From Thermodesulfobacteriota bacterium (GTDB lineage Bacteria > Desulfobacterota > Desulfobulbia > Desulfobulbales > SURF-16): 46,093 nt of DNA. Under the pieces are notes generated by a model. The model made no database searches and was not told where the DNA came from. It saw only the letters and a program-made list of their open reading frames with translations. Shown in pieces: positions 18,417 through 26,776 of the stretch. The translations under genes were made by a program, and so were the position numbers. The DNA lies in assembly GCA_040755455.1 (NCBI GenBank), contig JBFMAY010000033.1, forward strand, positions 1 to 46,093, written 5' to 3'. The stretch's first letter is position 1. Each line of letters opens with the position of its first letter.

Positions 18417-18577
18417 AATCATATAGCTGCCCGGCTAACCAACGCAACCGTGATTAATAATACAAGTAGGCATCTAAAAGAGCAACTTATAAAAACCTGA
18501 ATAGCAACTTTAAGGGCGAGGATTTCCATACAGACCTGATGGGATAAAAGAGAAGCAGGCGGAGAGGCTTACAGAAA

Positions 18578-18802
18578 ATGATACGAGACAATCCCATAAC
18601 AATTGATGAGGCAGCCAAATTGGCAAAATGCAGCTACCACACCATCCATCGCGCCATCAAGAAAGGCGATCTTGCCGCCTACAAACCCGGGAAAACGGTT
18701 TTGATACTGGAAAAAGACCTTGCGGCCTGGTTTCAGAGCAAGAGGGTGCTGGCAGTGAGAATAGGAAGACCTCGACGGCGGATTAAAGTTTATGGCGAGT
18801 AA
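18578..18802 (+). CDS. Excisionase-family HTH DNA-binding protein (HTH_17)
   Basis: ITIDEAAKLAKCSYHTIHRAIKKGDLAAYKPGKTVLI...DL..W. Confidence 0.85.
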   Translation: MIRDNPITIDEAAKLAKCSYHTIHRAIKKGDLAAYKPGKTVLILEKDLAAWFQSKRVLAVRIGRPRRRIKVYGE

Positions 18803-18850
18803 TACAAAAATTTGCCGTTGGGTAAAACGACAGATTAATCGCAGGGTGAG

Positions 18851-19756
18851 ATGAGCATTGCCTCTCATGAAAAAAGCTCTTCCGGCGCAGGGGAGAAAAA
18901 TACTTCTCCCGAATCATATTTCCGTCTTCTTCTCCCGTCAGAACTGCAAAACAAAGTTCGCGACCTGGAGAATATCCCCCGCCTGCCCGATTGGCCGGAA
19001 AAAACACGAGGTTTGCCGAACCTTTTCCTGCGTTCCGCCCTTTTCGGGGTAATCAAGCGTGGCCGCCGGCGAGCCGTCAAAGGTGAATTGGTTGCGGCGG
19101 TCAAAGGACTCGATATCCGGTATACAGGCTGGCGTCTGGATCAGGGTGATTTTGACGTTTTGGCCCATGCACTTCACCTGGTCTCCAAGGACCAGCAGAA
19201 ATCAACGGGCGGCTACGTGCAGTTTACAGCCAAGGGTTTTCTCAGGAGAATCGGCCGAAAGGCCGGGAAATCAGGACGTGAATGGCTCAAGGATTCTTTT
19301 CGGCGTCTTACCGCCTCGGCGGTGGAAATCAAGCTTGAGATCCCGCATGGATATGGGCCTGACTTTTTCACCTATGCCGGTTCGCTGATCGATGAATTTT
19401 ATTACAACGCCCTCGAGCAAAGCTATTTCCTGAAGGTCAACCCAAAACTCGCCAGAATCTTTGATGCCGGCTGGACCCAGTTGCAGTGGCAACAACGGCT
19501 CCAGTTGAAGACCGATCTCGCCAAATGGCTGCACGGTTTCTACTCCAGCCACAGAACTCCTTACCCGGTAAAGGTGGCCACGCTCATGTGCCTGTGCGGG
19601 TCCGAGTGTCACCGGTTGGTCGATTACCGTCGCAGCCTGCGAAGCGCCATGGATGAACTTGTCCGCGTGGGCGCCGTCGCTGACTGGAGAATCGACCAGG
19701 AGGACAAGGTCCATGTGACCCGTAACCTCTCTGGCGCGGTATCGGAATCAGATTAG
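18851..19756 (+). CDS. trfA: TrfA-family plasmid replication initiator
   Basis: RGLPN.FLRSALFG, IRYTG.RLDQ.D.DV, LAKWLHGFYSSH..PYPVKV.TL..LCGS; followed immediately by iterons. Confidence 0.88.
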   Translation: MSIASHEKSSSGAGEKNTSPESYFRLLLPSELQNKVRDLENIPRLPDWPEKTRGLPNLFLRSALFGVIKRGRRRAVKGELVAAVKGLDIRYTGWRLDQGDFDVLAHALHLVSKDQQKSTGGYVQFTAKGFLRRIGRKAGKSGREWLKDSFRRLTASAVEIKLEIPHGYGPDFFTYAGSLIDEFYYNALEQSYFLKVNPKLARIFDAGWTQLQWQQRLQLKTDLAKWLHGFYSSHRTPYPVKVATLMCLCGSECHRLVDYRRSLRSAMDELVRVGAVADWRIDQEDKVHVTRNLSGAVSESD

Positions 19757-19906
19757 GGGGGCATAGCACTCACACTCAGGGGGCACAGCACTCACGGTGA
19801 GGGGGCATGGCACTCACACCCACGGGGCATAGCAGTCACACCGGGGGGGCATAACACTCACGGCAGAGGGGGCATAGCAGTCACGCAAAGGGGGCATAGC
19901 AGTCAC
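19757..19906 (+). repeat. Seven ~22-bp iterons (consensus GGGGGCATAGCA[C/G]TCAC), putative oriV
   Basis: Seven tandem copies directly after trfA at ~22-bp (two helical turns) period; AT-rich TAATC x3 tract at 19976-20010. Confidence 0.88.
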
Positions 19907-20039
19907 ACTCTGCAAGAATACAAACGGCCGAATCGCCCGCCAATAAAGGGCTGCGAGGCAACGGTCGCAAGTGGCTAATCATCTTTAATCCTATTTTAAT
20001 CTTAAAAGAAAAGGGGCATGTAAGAGGCCTAAAACAAAA

Positions 20040-20573
20040 ATGACACTATCAGTCGCAAATATTCAGCAAACAGACAGCAACGAAATGTGGGCAATGGCAA
20101 TGCAGTGGGTATCGGGAAACCGCAAACTCATACGCCAGATTGCATCACCCTATATCCGGCATATGGCGGCAGACAGCAATGATCTCTTCCAGGAGGCGGC
20201 TATAGCTGCCTACAAGGCGCTGATCTCTTCTCAAAAAAAGGAAAAACCAAATCAGTTTGTTCCCTTCTTCCGGGTCATCTTCAAAACAAACTGCATCAGG
20301 CTGGCATCGGGAATTCAGACGGTGCAAAGCCTGGAAGATTATCAGCTGCCTTGTCCGGAAAAGCCGGAGGAGTCGGATGAACTTGAAACCGGCAGGATTG
20401 AAGAGGCATTGCAAGCAGTCAGTAAACGGCAGCGGGAAATTTGCATCTGGCTTTTGCAGCAACCGGAACCGGTCAGCACCCCGGATCTGGCCAGGGAGTT
20501 CAAGGTCAGCCGCCGTCATGCCTGCCGCCTGATCAGCAGCAGCATTGAGCGCATTTCGGGAACGGTTCGATGA
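20040..20573 (+). CDS. Sigma70/ECF-like protein (region-2-like segment plus C-terminal HTH)
   Basis: DSNDLFQEAAIAAYKAL (region 2 'DL.QE'); ALQAVSKRQREI...STPDLAREFKVSRRH (region 4-like HTH). Confidence 0.65.
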   Translation: MTLSVANIQQTDSNEMWAMAMQWVSGNRKLIRQIASPYIRHMAADSNDLFQEAAIAAYKALISSQKKEKPNQFVPFFRVIFKTNCIRLASGIQTVQSLEDYQLPCPEKPEESDELETGRIEEALQAVSKRQREICIWLLQQPEPVSTPDLAREFKVSRRHACRLISSSIERISGTVR

Positions 20574-21025
20574 ATGTGACAATCACGGAATACGCAGCAG
20601 AGTCGCTCATCCCCAAACGCATTCTCCGCTATCTGCACCGTGAAGGAATCATCCAGGATCCTCTCCGTCTGGAAGACCGGATCGGCCTGCAATTCCTCGA
20701 AAAGATCTGGGGCCGGAAAGAGGTGCTTCGAGCTCAATTAACCAGACTCTGCATGAAGGCCCGTCTCAGTTTTATCAGAACCGCCGACTTCTCAACCAAA
20801 TGGGAACGATACGCCTACAGCCGCTTTCGCAACCAGGAGCCGGGGAAAAAACTGGTCATGCAATCGGTGATCGAGGAGATCGAAACTACCTTCTTTTTTC
20901 GACTGAACCAACAGCAGATAAACCGGCTGTATAAGATCCGCAACCGGGCCCAGGTTGCCAGGTACCGGGGAAAAAATCCTGCCGAAGTTGAACGGCAACC
21001 TCTCTTACCGAGCACAAACAAATAA
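20570..21025 (+). CDS. Hypothetical basic protein, possibly DNA-binding
   Basis: 151-aa ORF coupled (ATGA) to the sigma-like gene; Arg/Lys rich. Confidence 0.6.
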   Translation: MNVTITEYAAESLIPKRILRYLHREGIIQDPLRLEDRIGLQFLEKIWGRKEVLRAQLTRLCMKARLSFIRTADFSTKWERYAYSRFRNQEPGKKLVMQSVIEEIETTFFFRLNQQQINRLYKIRNRAQVARYRGKNPAEVERQPLLPSTNK

Positions 21026-21151
21026 GTAATAAACAGCATTTATTGGCCGCTTACCGGAAAAGAAAAATTCAACTCTGCCGGGTAAATCCGGACAAAAAGT
21101 TTGGAAGACCGGTCACACGATCAGGAAAAAGAAAACAGAGGTGAGACAACA

Positions 21152-21880
21152 ATGAAAAAAACTCTTCTGCTATCAACTGCCTGCTTGTTCTGCTGCGCGT
21201 CTCAAACCTGGGCCGCAACCTGCGAAGACGAGGCGCGGTCCATCCTGCAAAACACCTATCCCTCTTTTTCATTCGAGACAGTGGGCCCTACGCCGATAGA
21301 CGATCTCTGCGAGGTGGCTTCCGAAAAGAACACCATCTATTTCGCACCAAAGACAGGCCATCTCATCTTTGGGGAGATCTGGAGCAAGGACGGCAGGAAC
21401 ATTACCGCGGAGGAGCAGGAAAAAAGAATTACACAGTCACTTGACGCCCTGCCGCTTTCCAAGGCGGTGAAAATCGGCAGCGGTTCCAATACGGTTATCG
21501 AGATTACGGACCCCGATTGTCCATATTGCCGCAAAGGTTCAGAATTCTTTGCCGGCAGGTCCGATGTGACCAGATATATCTTTTTCATGCCGCTCGATCA
21601 GATGCATCCCGGCGCCGCCCGCAAGGCGGAATTCATCCTGGCCGCCAAGGATCAGGCAAAGGCTTATGAGCAGGTGATGTCAGGGGCCTATGACCACGCC
21701 CCGCTTCCGGATTTTACCGCCGCCGGCTTGCTTAATGAGCACCGAAAGATCGCGACTGGTCTGCGGATCAGCTCAACACCCAGATACTGGATCAACGGTC
21801 AGCCGGTATCCGGATTCAACCCCACACGAATTGAGGAAATTCTCAGCAATACCGGCCGGGAAAAGGCCGGTGACCATTAA
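21152..21880 (+). CDS. dsbC: DsbC-family thiol:disulfide isomerase of the conjugation region
   Basis: Signal peptide, TDPDCPYC active site, (S)TP cis-Pro loop; GAGG RBS before ATG 21152. Confidence 0.88.
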   Translation: MKKTLLLSTACLFCCASQTWAATCEDEARSILQNTYPSFSFETVGPTPIDDLCEVASEKNTIYFAPKTGHLIFGEIWSKDGRNITAEEQEKRITQSLDALPLSKAVKIGSGSNTVIEITDPDCPYCRKGSEFFAGRSDVTRYIFFMPLDQMHPGAARKAEFILAAKDQAKAYEQVMSGAYDHAPLPDFTAAGLLNEHRKIATGLRISSTPRYWINGQPVSGFNPTRIEEILSNTGREKAGDH

Positions 21881-21898
21881 TCTTTACAAGGACACGAT

Positions 21899-22258
21899 AT
21901 GAAAAAAGCAAAAACACGCATGACCTGTCCGGGCGGCCTGTTCCCCATGGGATACAGACACAAAAAATCCATTATCGCACTCGCAGTCTTCGGGGCGACA
22001 TGTCTGTTGGCCGCAACCAGGGCGAATGCCTTCAATGCCCCGGCCGCCGGCACTTTTGCCTTTGATATTTACGATATCGGGGTCAATCAGATCCTGAAAG
22101 GCCCCATCGGTTTTGCCGCCGGCGTCGGGTCCATGGTGGCCGCCGCGGTCATGGCCATCAGGCAGATGCTGTTGCCGGCTGCCGCGACCGTGCTGGGAGG
22201 GGCCTTTCTTCTCAAGGCCGACAGTGTTGTTACATCTCTGGGCGCGCTGATCGGGTAA
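21899..22258 (+). CDS. traA: Conjugative pilin precursor (TraA-like)
   Basis: Leader plus two hydrophobic helices; directly before traL-E-K-B. Confidence 0.65.
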   Translation: MKKAKTRMTCPGGLFPMGYRHKKSIIALAVFGATCLLAATRANAFNAPAAGTFAFDIYDIGVNQILKGPIGFAAGVGSMVAAAVMAIRQMLLPAAATVLGGAFLLKADSVVTSLGALIG

Positions 22259-22263
22259 GCCAG

Positions 22264-22542
22264 ATGTCGGACAACGTAAAAAGAGCCTTCCCCCAATATC
22301 TTTCGGCGCCGTTTCAGATCCTCTGGTACGAAAGCGACGAACTGGCCCTGTTCATGTTCTTCCTGGTGCTGGCCCTGATGTACGGCAATGTTTTCTGGTT
22401 GCTGCTCATTCCCGGGCCATATATCTACAGCCGGATCAAACGGCAGAACCCCCGGGGGTTTCTCTGTCATCTGCTCTACATGGCGGGACTCATCAGGATG
22501 AAAAATTATCCAGCCTATTTTGAGAAGGTTTTCATCGAATAG
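22264..22542 (+). CDS. traL: F-type conjugative transfer protein TraL
   Basis: FPQYL..P.QILW.E.DE, two TM segments, RGFL.HLLY..G. Confidence 0.88.
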   Translation: MSDNVKRAFPQYLSAPFQILWYESDELALFMFFLVLALMYGNVFWLLLIPGPYIYSRIKRQNPRGFLCHLLYMAGLIRMKNYPAYFEKVFIE

Positions 22543-22548
22543 GTCGCC

Positions 22549-23106
22549 ATGCACACGAATATTTTCCTGCAGAAAACCAGCAACCTGTTTACCGAAAACA
22601 GGCTGCTGAAATTCGTGATCGCCGTGCTTGCCATGGCCGTGGTGGTCAACTCCTTGCTGGTGAGCCGGGCGATCAAATACCAGCGGGTCATCCTGATCCC
22701 GCCTAAAATCACCGGTACCATCGAATTTGTGGAAGGCAAACCCTCCGACCAGTACATCCGTGATCTGGCCCGGAGAATGGTGAGTCTTGCCGCCACCTAT
22801 TCCCCGGCCACAGCAAGGAACCAGTTCGATGAATTCCTCGGATTCTACGCCCCCGATGCCTATCCCGAGGCCGCCAAAGCCTGGTATGCCCTGGCCGGCC
22901 GGGTTGAGGAAAGTCAGGTTAGTACAGTCTTTTATCTGCGCAACCTGATCCTGGACAGCAAAAGTCAGCGCCTGGAATTAAGCGGCGATCAGCGGCAGTT
23001 TGCCGAGGACCGGCTCATTGAATCCGGCCGGAAGACCTATGAGGCCAGATACAGGATCGAGGATGGCCGGTTTTCCCTCATCTCGTTTCTGGAAAAGCAT
23101 CCGTAG
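22549..23106 (+). CDS. traE: F-type conjugative transfer protein TraE
   Basis: N-terminal TM, VILIPP, TYSPAT; synteny. Confidence 0.85.
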   Translation: MHTNIFLQKTSNLFTENRLLKFVIAVLAMAVVVNSLLVSRAIKYQRVILIPPKITGTIEFVEGKPSDQYIRDLARRMVSLAATYSPATARNQFDEFLGFYAPDAYPEAAKAWYALAGRVEESQVSTVFYLRNLILDSKSQRLELSGDQRQFAEDRLIESGRKTYEARYRIEDGRFSLISFLEKHP

Positions 23107-23127
23107 CGGCGGAAGTGGAGGGATAAG

Positions 23128-23874
23128 ATGTTGAAATTCTGTTCGATGATAATCATACTGGTCCTGTTTGTTGTTGCTCCTGTTCAGGCCGACCAACTCA
23201 CCGGCCCGATTCTGCCGGAGGTAACGACCGCGGTGGATCTGTCCTCTTCCGATGTCAACCGGATCAATTGCCCCGGTACGATCAATGATCTGATTTTTTC
23301 CAAGGAAAAAGGGATTGAAGGGCATTTTGTGGGGAGTAACGCTTTTGTCAAATTTGCCATCACCGTAGAAGGTGATGAAAAACTCTACGCGAATACGCCC
23401 AGCGAGCTGTTCGTCAGCTGCAACAACACCATTTATACCCTGATTGCCACGCCTAAAAGAATCCCTTCCGTCACCCTGCGCCTGGCCCCCTCTCCATCCC
23501 AGGACCTGAAACAGAATATCGACCACTACCAGGCTCTGCCTTTTGAGAAAAAGGTGCTGCAGTTGGTGCGCGAGGCCTACCTGCAGGAGTATCAGGAGAG
23601 CTACCGGATAACCGCCGCTGACATGGAAGTCAACATCTCCGCGGATCTGACCGTCCGCCTGAAAAAGATCGTGGATGTTGAAGGGGTGGGCCTGCGCTTG
23701 AAGGAATATCTGGTACAACCGGCGGCAGGCGATTCTGTCCATGTCACGGAAAAGGATTTTCTGAAATCCCGGCTGGGTGAACGAATCATTGCCGTTGCAG
23801 TCGAAGACCATACCATTGCGCCGGGCAAGTCGTCCCGCGTCTTTATTGTCGAGCAACGAGGGGAGGAGTCGTGA
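23128..23874 (+). CDS. traK: F-type secretin-like TraK
   Basis: Signal peptide, LSSSDVNRI.C, YTLIATPK.IP, C-terminal IAPG...RVFIV. Confidence 0.85.
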   Translation: MLKFCSMIIILVLFVVAPVQADQLTGPILPEVTTAVDLSSSDVNRINCPGTINDLIFSKEKGIEGHFVGSNAFVKFAITVEGDEKLYANTPSELFVSCNNTIYTLIATPKRIPSVTLRLAPSPSQDLKQNIDHYQALPFEKKVLQLVREAYLQEYQESYRITAADMEVNISADLTVRLKKIVDVEGVGLRLKEYLVQPAAGDSVHVTEKDFLKSRLGERIIAVAVEDHTIAPGKSSRVFIVEQRGEES

Positions 23875-25046
23875 GTCTGAAAGAACGTTTTAATTCCCTG
23901 AGCCCTCTGCGGAAGAAAATCTGCATCTGGTCCATGGTGGCAGCGGCTGTGCTGATTATCGTGGTTGCGGGATATAAGACCAGCCGCAATCCGCAATCGG
24001 AGGAAACCACCAGGCTTGAAAAAACGCGGGAAATTTCCCTGGACCCGGATCTGATCGAGAAAACCATACTACGGGAACAACGCAAAGAGATCGAGAACAT
24101 GCAGGCCCAGATCAATAAACTCGCAGATGATGAGGAAATCAGGCGGCAGTCGGAAAATTTTCCACCACCAATTCCAGCCGAAAACCAGTTCCCGGAGATC
24201 CCTTCCGCTGATCAGGTGGAACAATCCGCCTCCTCTCCCTATTTCGGTTCTCCTGTTCCTCCCAGATTCCCGGCTCCGCCGATGCCGCAGACTCCGCCAC
24301 CTCCAATGGAAGAAAAAGTCATCGGCGGCATTGGTATCCTCTCCAACCAGAGCGCCCTGTCTCCGGTTGCCGCCGACCAGGCGGATAAAAAAAAAGAGAG
24401 CCGGACGGTCTATCTGCCGCCATCCTTTATGGAGGCCATGTTGCTGACCGGTTTCGATGCTTCTACCTCGGGGGAAGGCAAGAACAACCCTGAACCGCTT
24501 CTGCTGCGCATCCAGGCGCCGGCGGTGCTGCCCAATGATGTCAAAGCCAATCTGCGGGGCTGCTTCATCATTGCCGAGGCGGTCGGACGGCTCAATAAGG
24601 AACGGGCCGATGTGCGGCTGGTGTCCTTGTCCTGCATCGGCCGCAATGGGCAGGCAGTGATCGATACCACGGTCAAGGGCTTTGTGACGGACAGCGACAG
24701 CAAGGTTGGCCTTTCCGGCCGGGTGGTCTCCAAAATGGGGGCCGCTACCGCCAGGGCGGTCGTGGCCGGTATTTTCGGCGGTGCAGGCGACGCCCTGCAG
24801 GCTTCCACGCTGACCCAATCGACCTCGGCCCTGGGCACCACAAGCTTTGTGGACAGTGATCAGTTGGCCAAGTCGGCGGCAGGCGGCGGTCTGGCCGAAG
24901 GCTCAAAGACCCTGCAGGAACTCTATCTCGATCTTGCCAAACAGGCCACGCCGGTAATCGAGGTCGGCGCCGCCAAACAGGTGACGGTGGTCATTTCGGA
25001 AGGGAAGCAGTTGGAAATTAAGGAATTCGAAAGGGAAACACTGTAG
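23871..25046 (+). CDS. traB: TraB (VirB10-like)
   Basis: TM plus coiled coil, Pro-rich linker, YLPPSF..A.LLTG.DA, ERA.VRL..LSC, GLSGRVVSK.G, PVIEV.A. Confidence 0.9.
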   Translation: MSLKERFNSLSPLRKKICIWSMVAAAVLIIVVAGYKTSRNPQSEETTRLEKTREISLDPDLIEKTILREQRKEIENMQAQINKLADDEEIRRQSENFPPPIPAENQFPEIPSADQVEQSASSPYFGSPVPPRFPAPPMPQTPPPPMEEKVIGGIGILSNQSALSPVAADQADKKKESRTVYLPPSFMEAMLLTGFDASTSGEGKNNPEPLLLRIQAPAVLPNDVKANLRGCFIIAEAVGRLNKERADVRLVSLSCIGRNGQAVIDTTVKGFVTDSDSKVGLSGRVVSKMGAATARAVVAGIFGGAGDALQASTLTQSTSALGTTSFVDSDQLAKSAAGGGLAEGSKTLQELYLDLAKQATPVIEVGAAKQVTVVISEGKQLEIKEFERETL

Positions 25047-25059
25047 CAATCCGGGAAAA

Positions 25060-25644
25060 TCATGAACGCACGAATTCCAGTAATGGTTGGTATTGACGCC
25101 TGTCCGCAGCCTGGAGCGCCGCGATGTAACGTTGCCGGCAGTCTCCTGCGTGAACCAGATTTTCGCTGCCCCATGTAAAACGGGGCCGGCCAAGAATATG
25201 GACAAGGAGAAGATCCGCCATGAGTCTTGCATGGCGGCCATTACCGTTTGCAAAGAGATGTATGGATACGAGACGATGATGAAATCTTGCCGCAATCTCA
25301 TCAGGGGGATAGCTGTTGAGATCGATCCATGTTTGCACATCGTCCAACAGGTTTTTCAGACTTGTGCCGATTGCCCAGCATTCGACACCGATATTCTTCC
25401 CGCTGTGACGGAATTCGCCGGCCCATCGCCAGACAGTGCCGAACATCCGTTTATGAAGACGGCAAACGAAGTCCACACTGAGCAGATCCCTGGGTTTGCG
25501 CCGCAACGCCCACACCTCGGCTTCGGCAATATTGTCCTGCTCCCAGCGGTCGAGTTCTCTTCTGCTGGTGATATGCGGAAGAAGCAGGCCTTCCGCCTCG
25601 TCAGGATCAAGAGGGGTTGCCCCTGGAGGATAATCATACTGCAT
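25060..25644 (-). CDS. Mobile mystery protein B (Fic/Doc family)
   Basis: GATPLDPDE.EGL, LHKRMFG.VWRWAG.FR, Fic motif IHLFANGNGRHARL.AD. Confidence 0.9.
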   Translation of the reverse strand: MQYDYPPGATPLDPDEAEGLLLPHITSRRELDRWEQDNIAEAEVWALRRKPRDLLSVDFVCRLHKRMFGTVWRWAGEFRHSGKNIGVECWAIGTSLKNLLDDVQTWIDLNSYPPDEIAARFHHRLVSIHLFANGNGRHARLMADLLLVHILGRPRFTWGSENLVHAGDCRQRYIAALQAADRRQYQPLLEFVRS

Positions 25645-26110
25645 CGTTGTCGTCCCACAATTCTTTCGGCATATTTCGGATCAAGGCATCCACTTCCGCT
25701 TCAATCGCCTTTTTCTGTTCGGCGGCAGAGAGCTGTTGCGCTTCGAGAAGCATCGTGTGCGAGACCCTTGTCAGCCGTTTTCCGGCTAGAATTACCGCGC
25801 GCCGTTGCACAATATCAGCCAGGCTGTCACGAGGCAGCAAGGCATAGACAAAAACGCAATCCAGGGCCTCGGCAGCCTGGCGCATGGTTTTGATGGTCAC
25901 AGAATCACTCAGTTCTTTCTTCTCCAGGCTGGTAACCCATGGCGGAGAAACCCCAAGGCGTTGGGCAAACTGTCTCCCCGACATCCCCAGGGCTTCTCTG
26001 ATGGCACGCAACCAGCCCTTGGCCGGACGTTGTACGTCGCGCAAACATGAGAGGCGGGCAAATGTTGTTTCCAACTGTTCCTGTATCAGTCGTCTATGAA
26101 GAGGCTTCAT
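25634..26110 (-). CDS. Mobile mystery protein A (XRE HTH)
   Basis: P.KGWLRAIREALGMS..Q.A.RLGV, VT..TM..AAEALDC.FVYALLP, V.HTM.LE.Q, ELWD. Confidence 0.9.
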   Translation of the reverse strand: MKPLHRRLIQEQLETTFARLSCLRDVQRPAKGWLRAIREALGMSGRQFAQRLGVSPPWVTSLEKKELSDSVTIKTMRQAAEALDCVFVYALLPRDSLADIVQRRAVILAGKRLTRVSHTMLLEAQQLSAAEQKKAIEAEVDALIRNMPKELWDDNDAV

Positions 26111-26112
26111 TT

Positions 26113-26197
26113 TATTAACCTTTAAATTAATTATTGTTTCATTTATATTAAGCTATAAATTAATTATTTCAATATAAAATTAATACATAGGTTAATA
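26113..26197. promoter_or_regulatory. AT-rich promoter/operator region of mobile mystery A/B with three related boxes
   Basis: TATTAACCTTTAAATTAATTATT, TATTAAGCTATAAATTAATTATT and an inverted copy AATTAATACATAGGTTAATA. Confidence 0.55.
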
Positions 26198-26357
26198 TAA
26201 CGCGGGATAAACCATGACCAGCTTCGTTTTTATTTAAAAAAAATAGCCCTCTCTTTCCAGACGGTGGCACATGCCGTTTATCCTTTTAAGGTCATCCCCT
26301 CGAAAAAGAGAAGAAAAGCCTTTTTTCCAGACAATCCATATTCCGGAAACTTTACTG

Positions 26358-26774
26358 ATGAAACCATCTTCCAATTTTGCACCATGCAGTTTCTTCTTCC
26401 TTCTCCTCCTGCTGCTGCTTTCTGGCTGCGGTGCGGCCTTGAATCCCTATCATGAAAATTTCAACTGCGATGCTCCGGACGATGCTGGAAAGTGCGTTGA
26501 TACCAAGACGGCCTATGAAGAGGCGGTGCGCATCCCTCAGATCCCGGCACAAAAGTCCGCCGCTCCCGAGGAAGATGTTGAAGCGGCGCGGCTTTCCCGG
26601 CTTGCGGAGCTGCTTAAAGAACCACAGACGCCGATGATCGAGCCGCCGCGCATTCTGCGGGTGTTGATCTTACCCTACAAGGGAAACGGCGATCTGTTCA
26701 TGGCCCGTTACGCCTATCTGCAGGTTGAATCGGCCAAGTGGGTGCTGACCGGCATTGACGAAGGTATTGAATAA
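26358..26774 (+). CDS. traV: TraV lipoprotein
   Basis: Lipobox LLSGC, NPY...F.C......G.C, P.ILRVLILPY..., KWVL; upstream of traC. Confidence 0.85.
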   Translation: MKPSSNFAPCSFFFLLLLLLLSGCGAALNPYHENFNCDAPDDAGKCVDTKTAYEEAVRIPQIPAQKSAAPEEDVEAARLSRLAELLKEPQTPMIEPPRILRVLILPYKGNGDLFMARYAYLQVESAKWVLTGIDEGIE

Positions 26775-26776
26775 CG

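Noticed and set aside
19757..19906. CRISPR array
   Set aside because: The intervening sequences are only ~5 bp, there are no cas genes, and the location after trfA indicates iterons.
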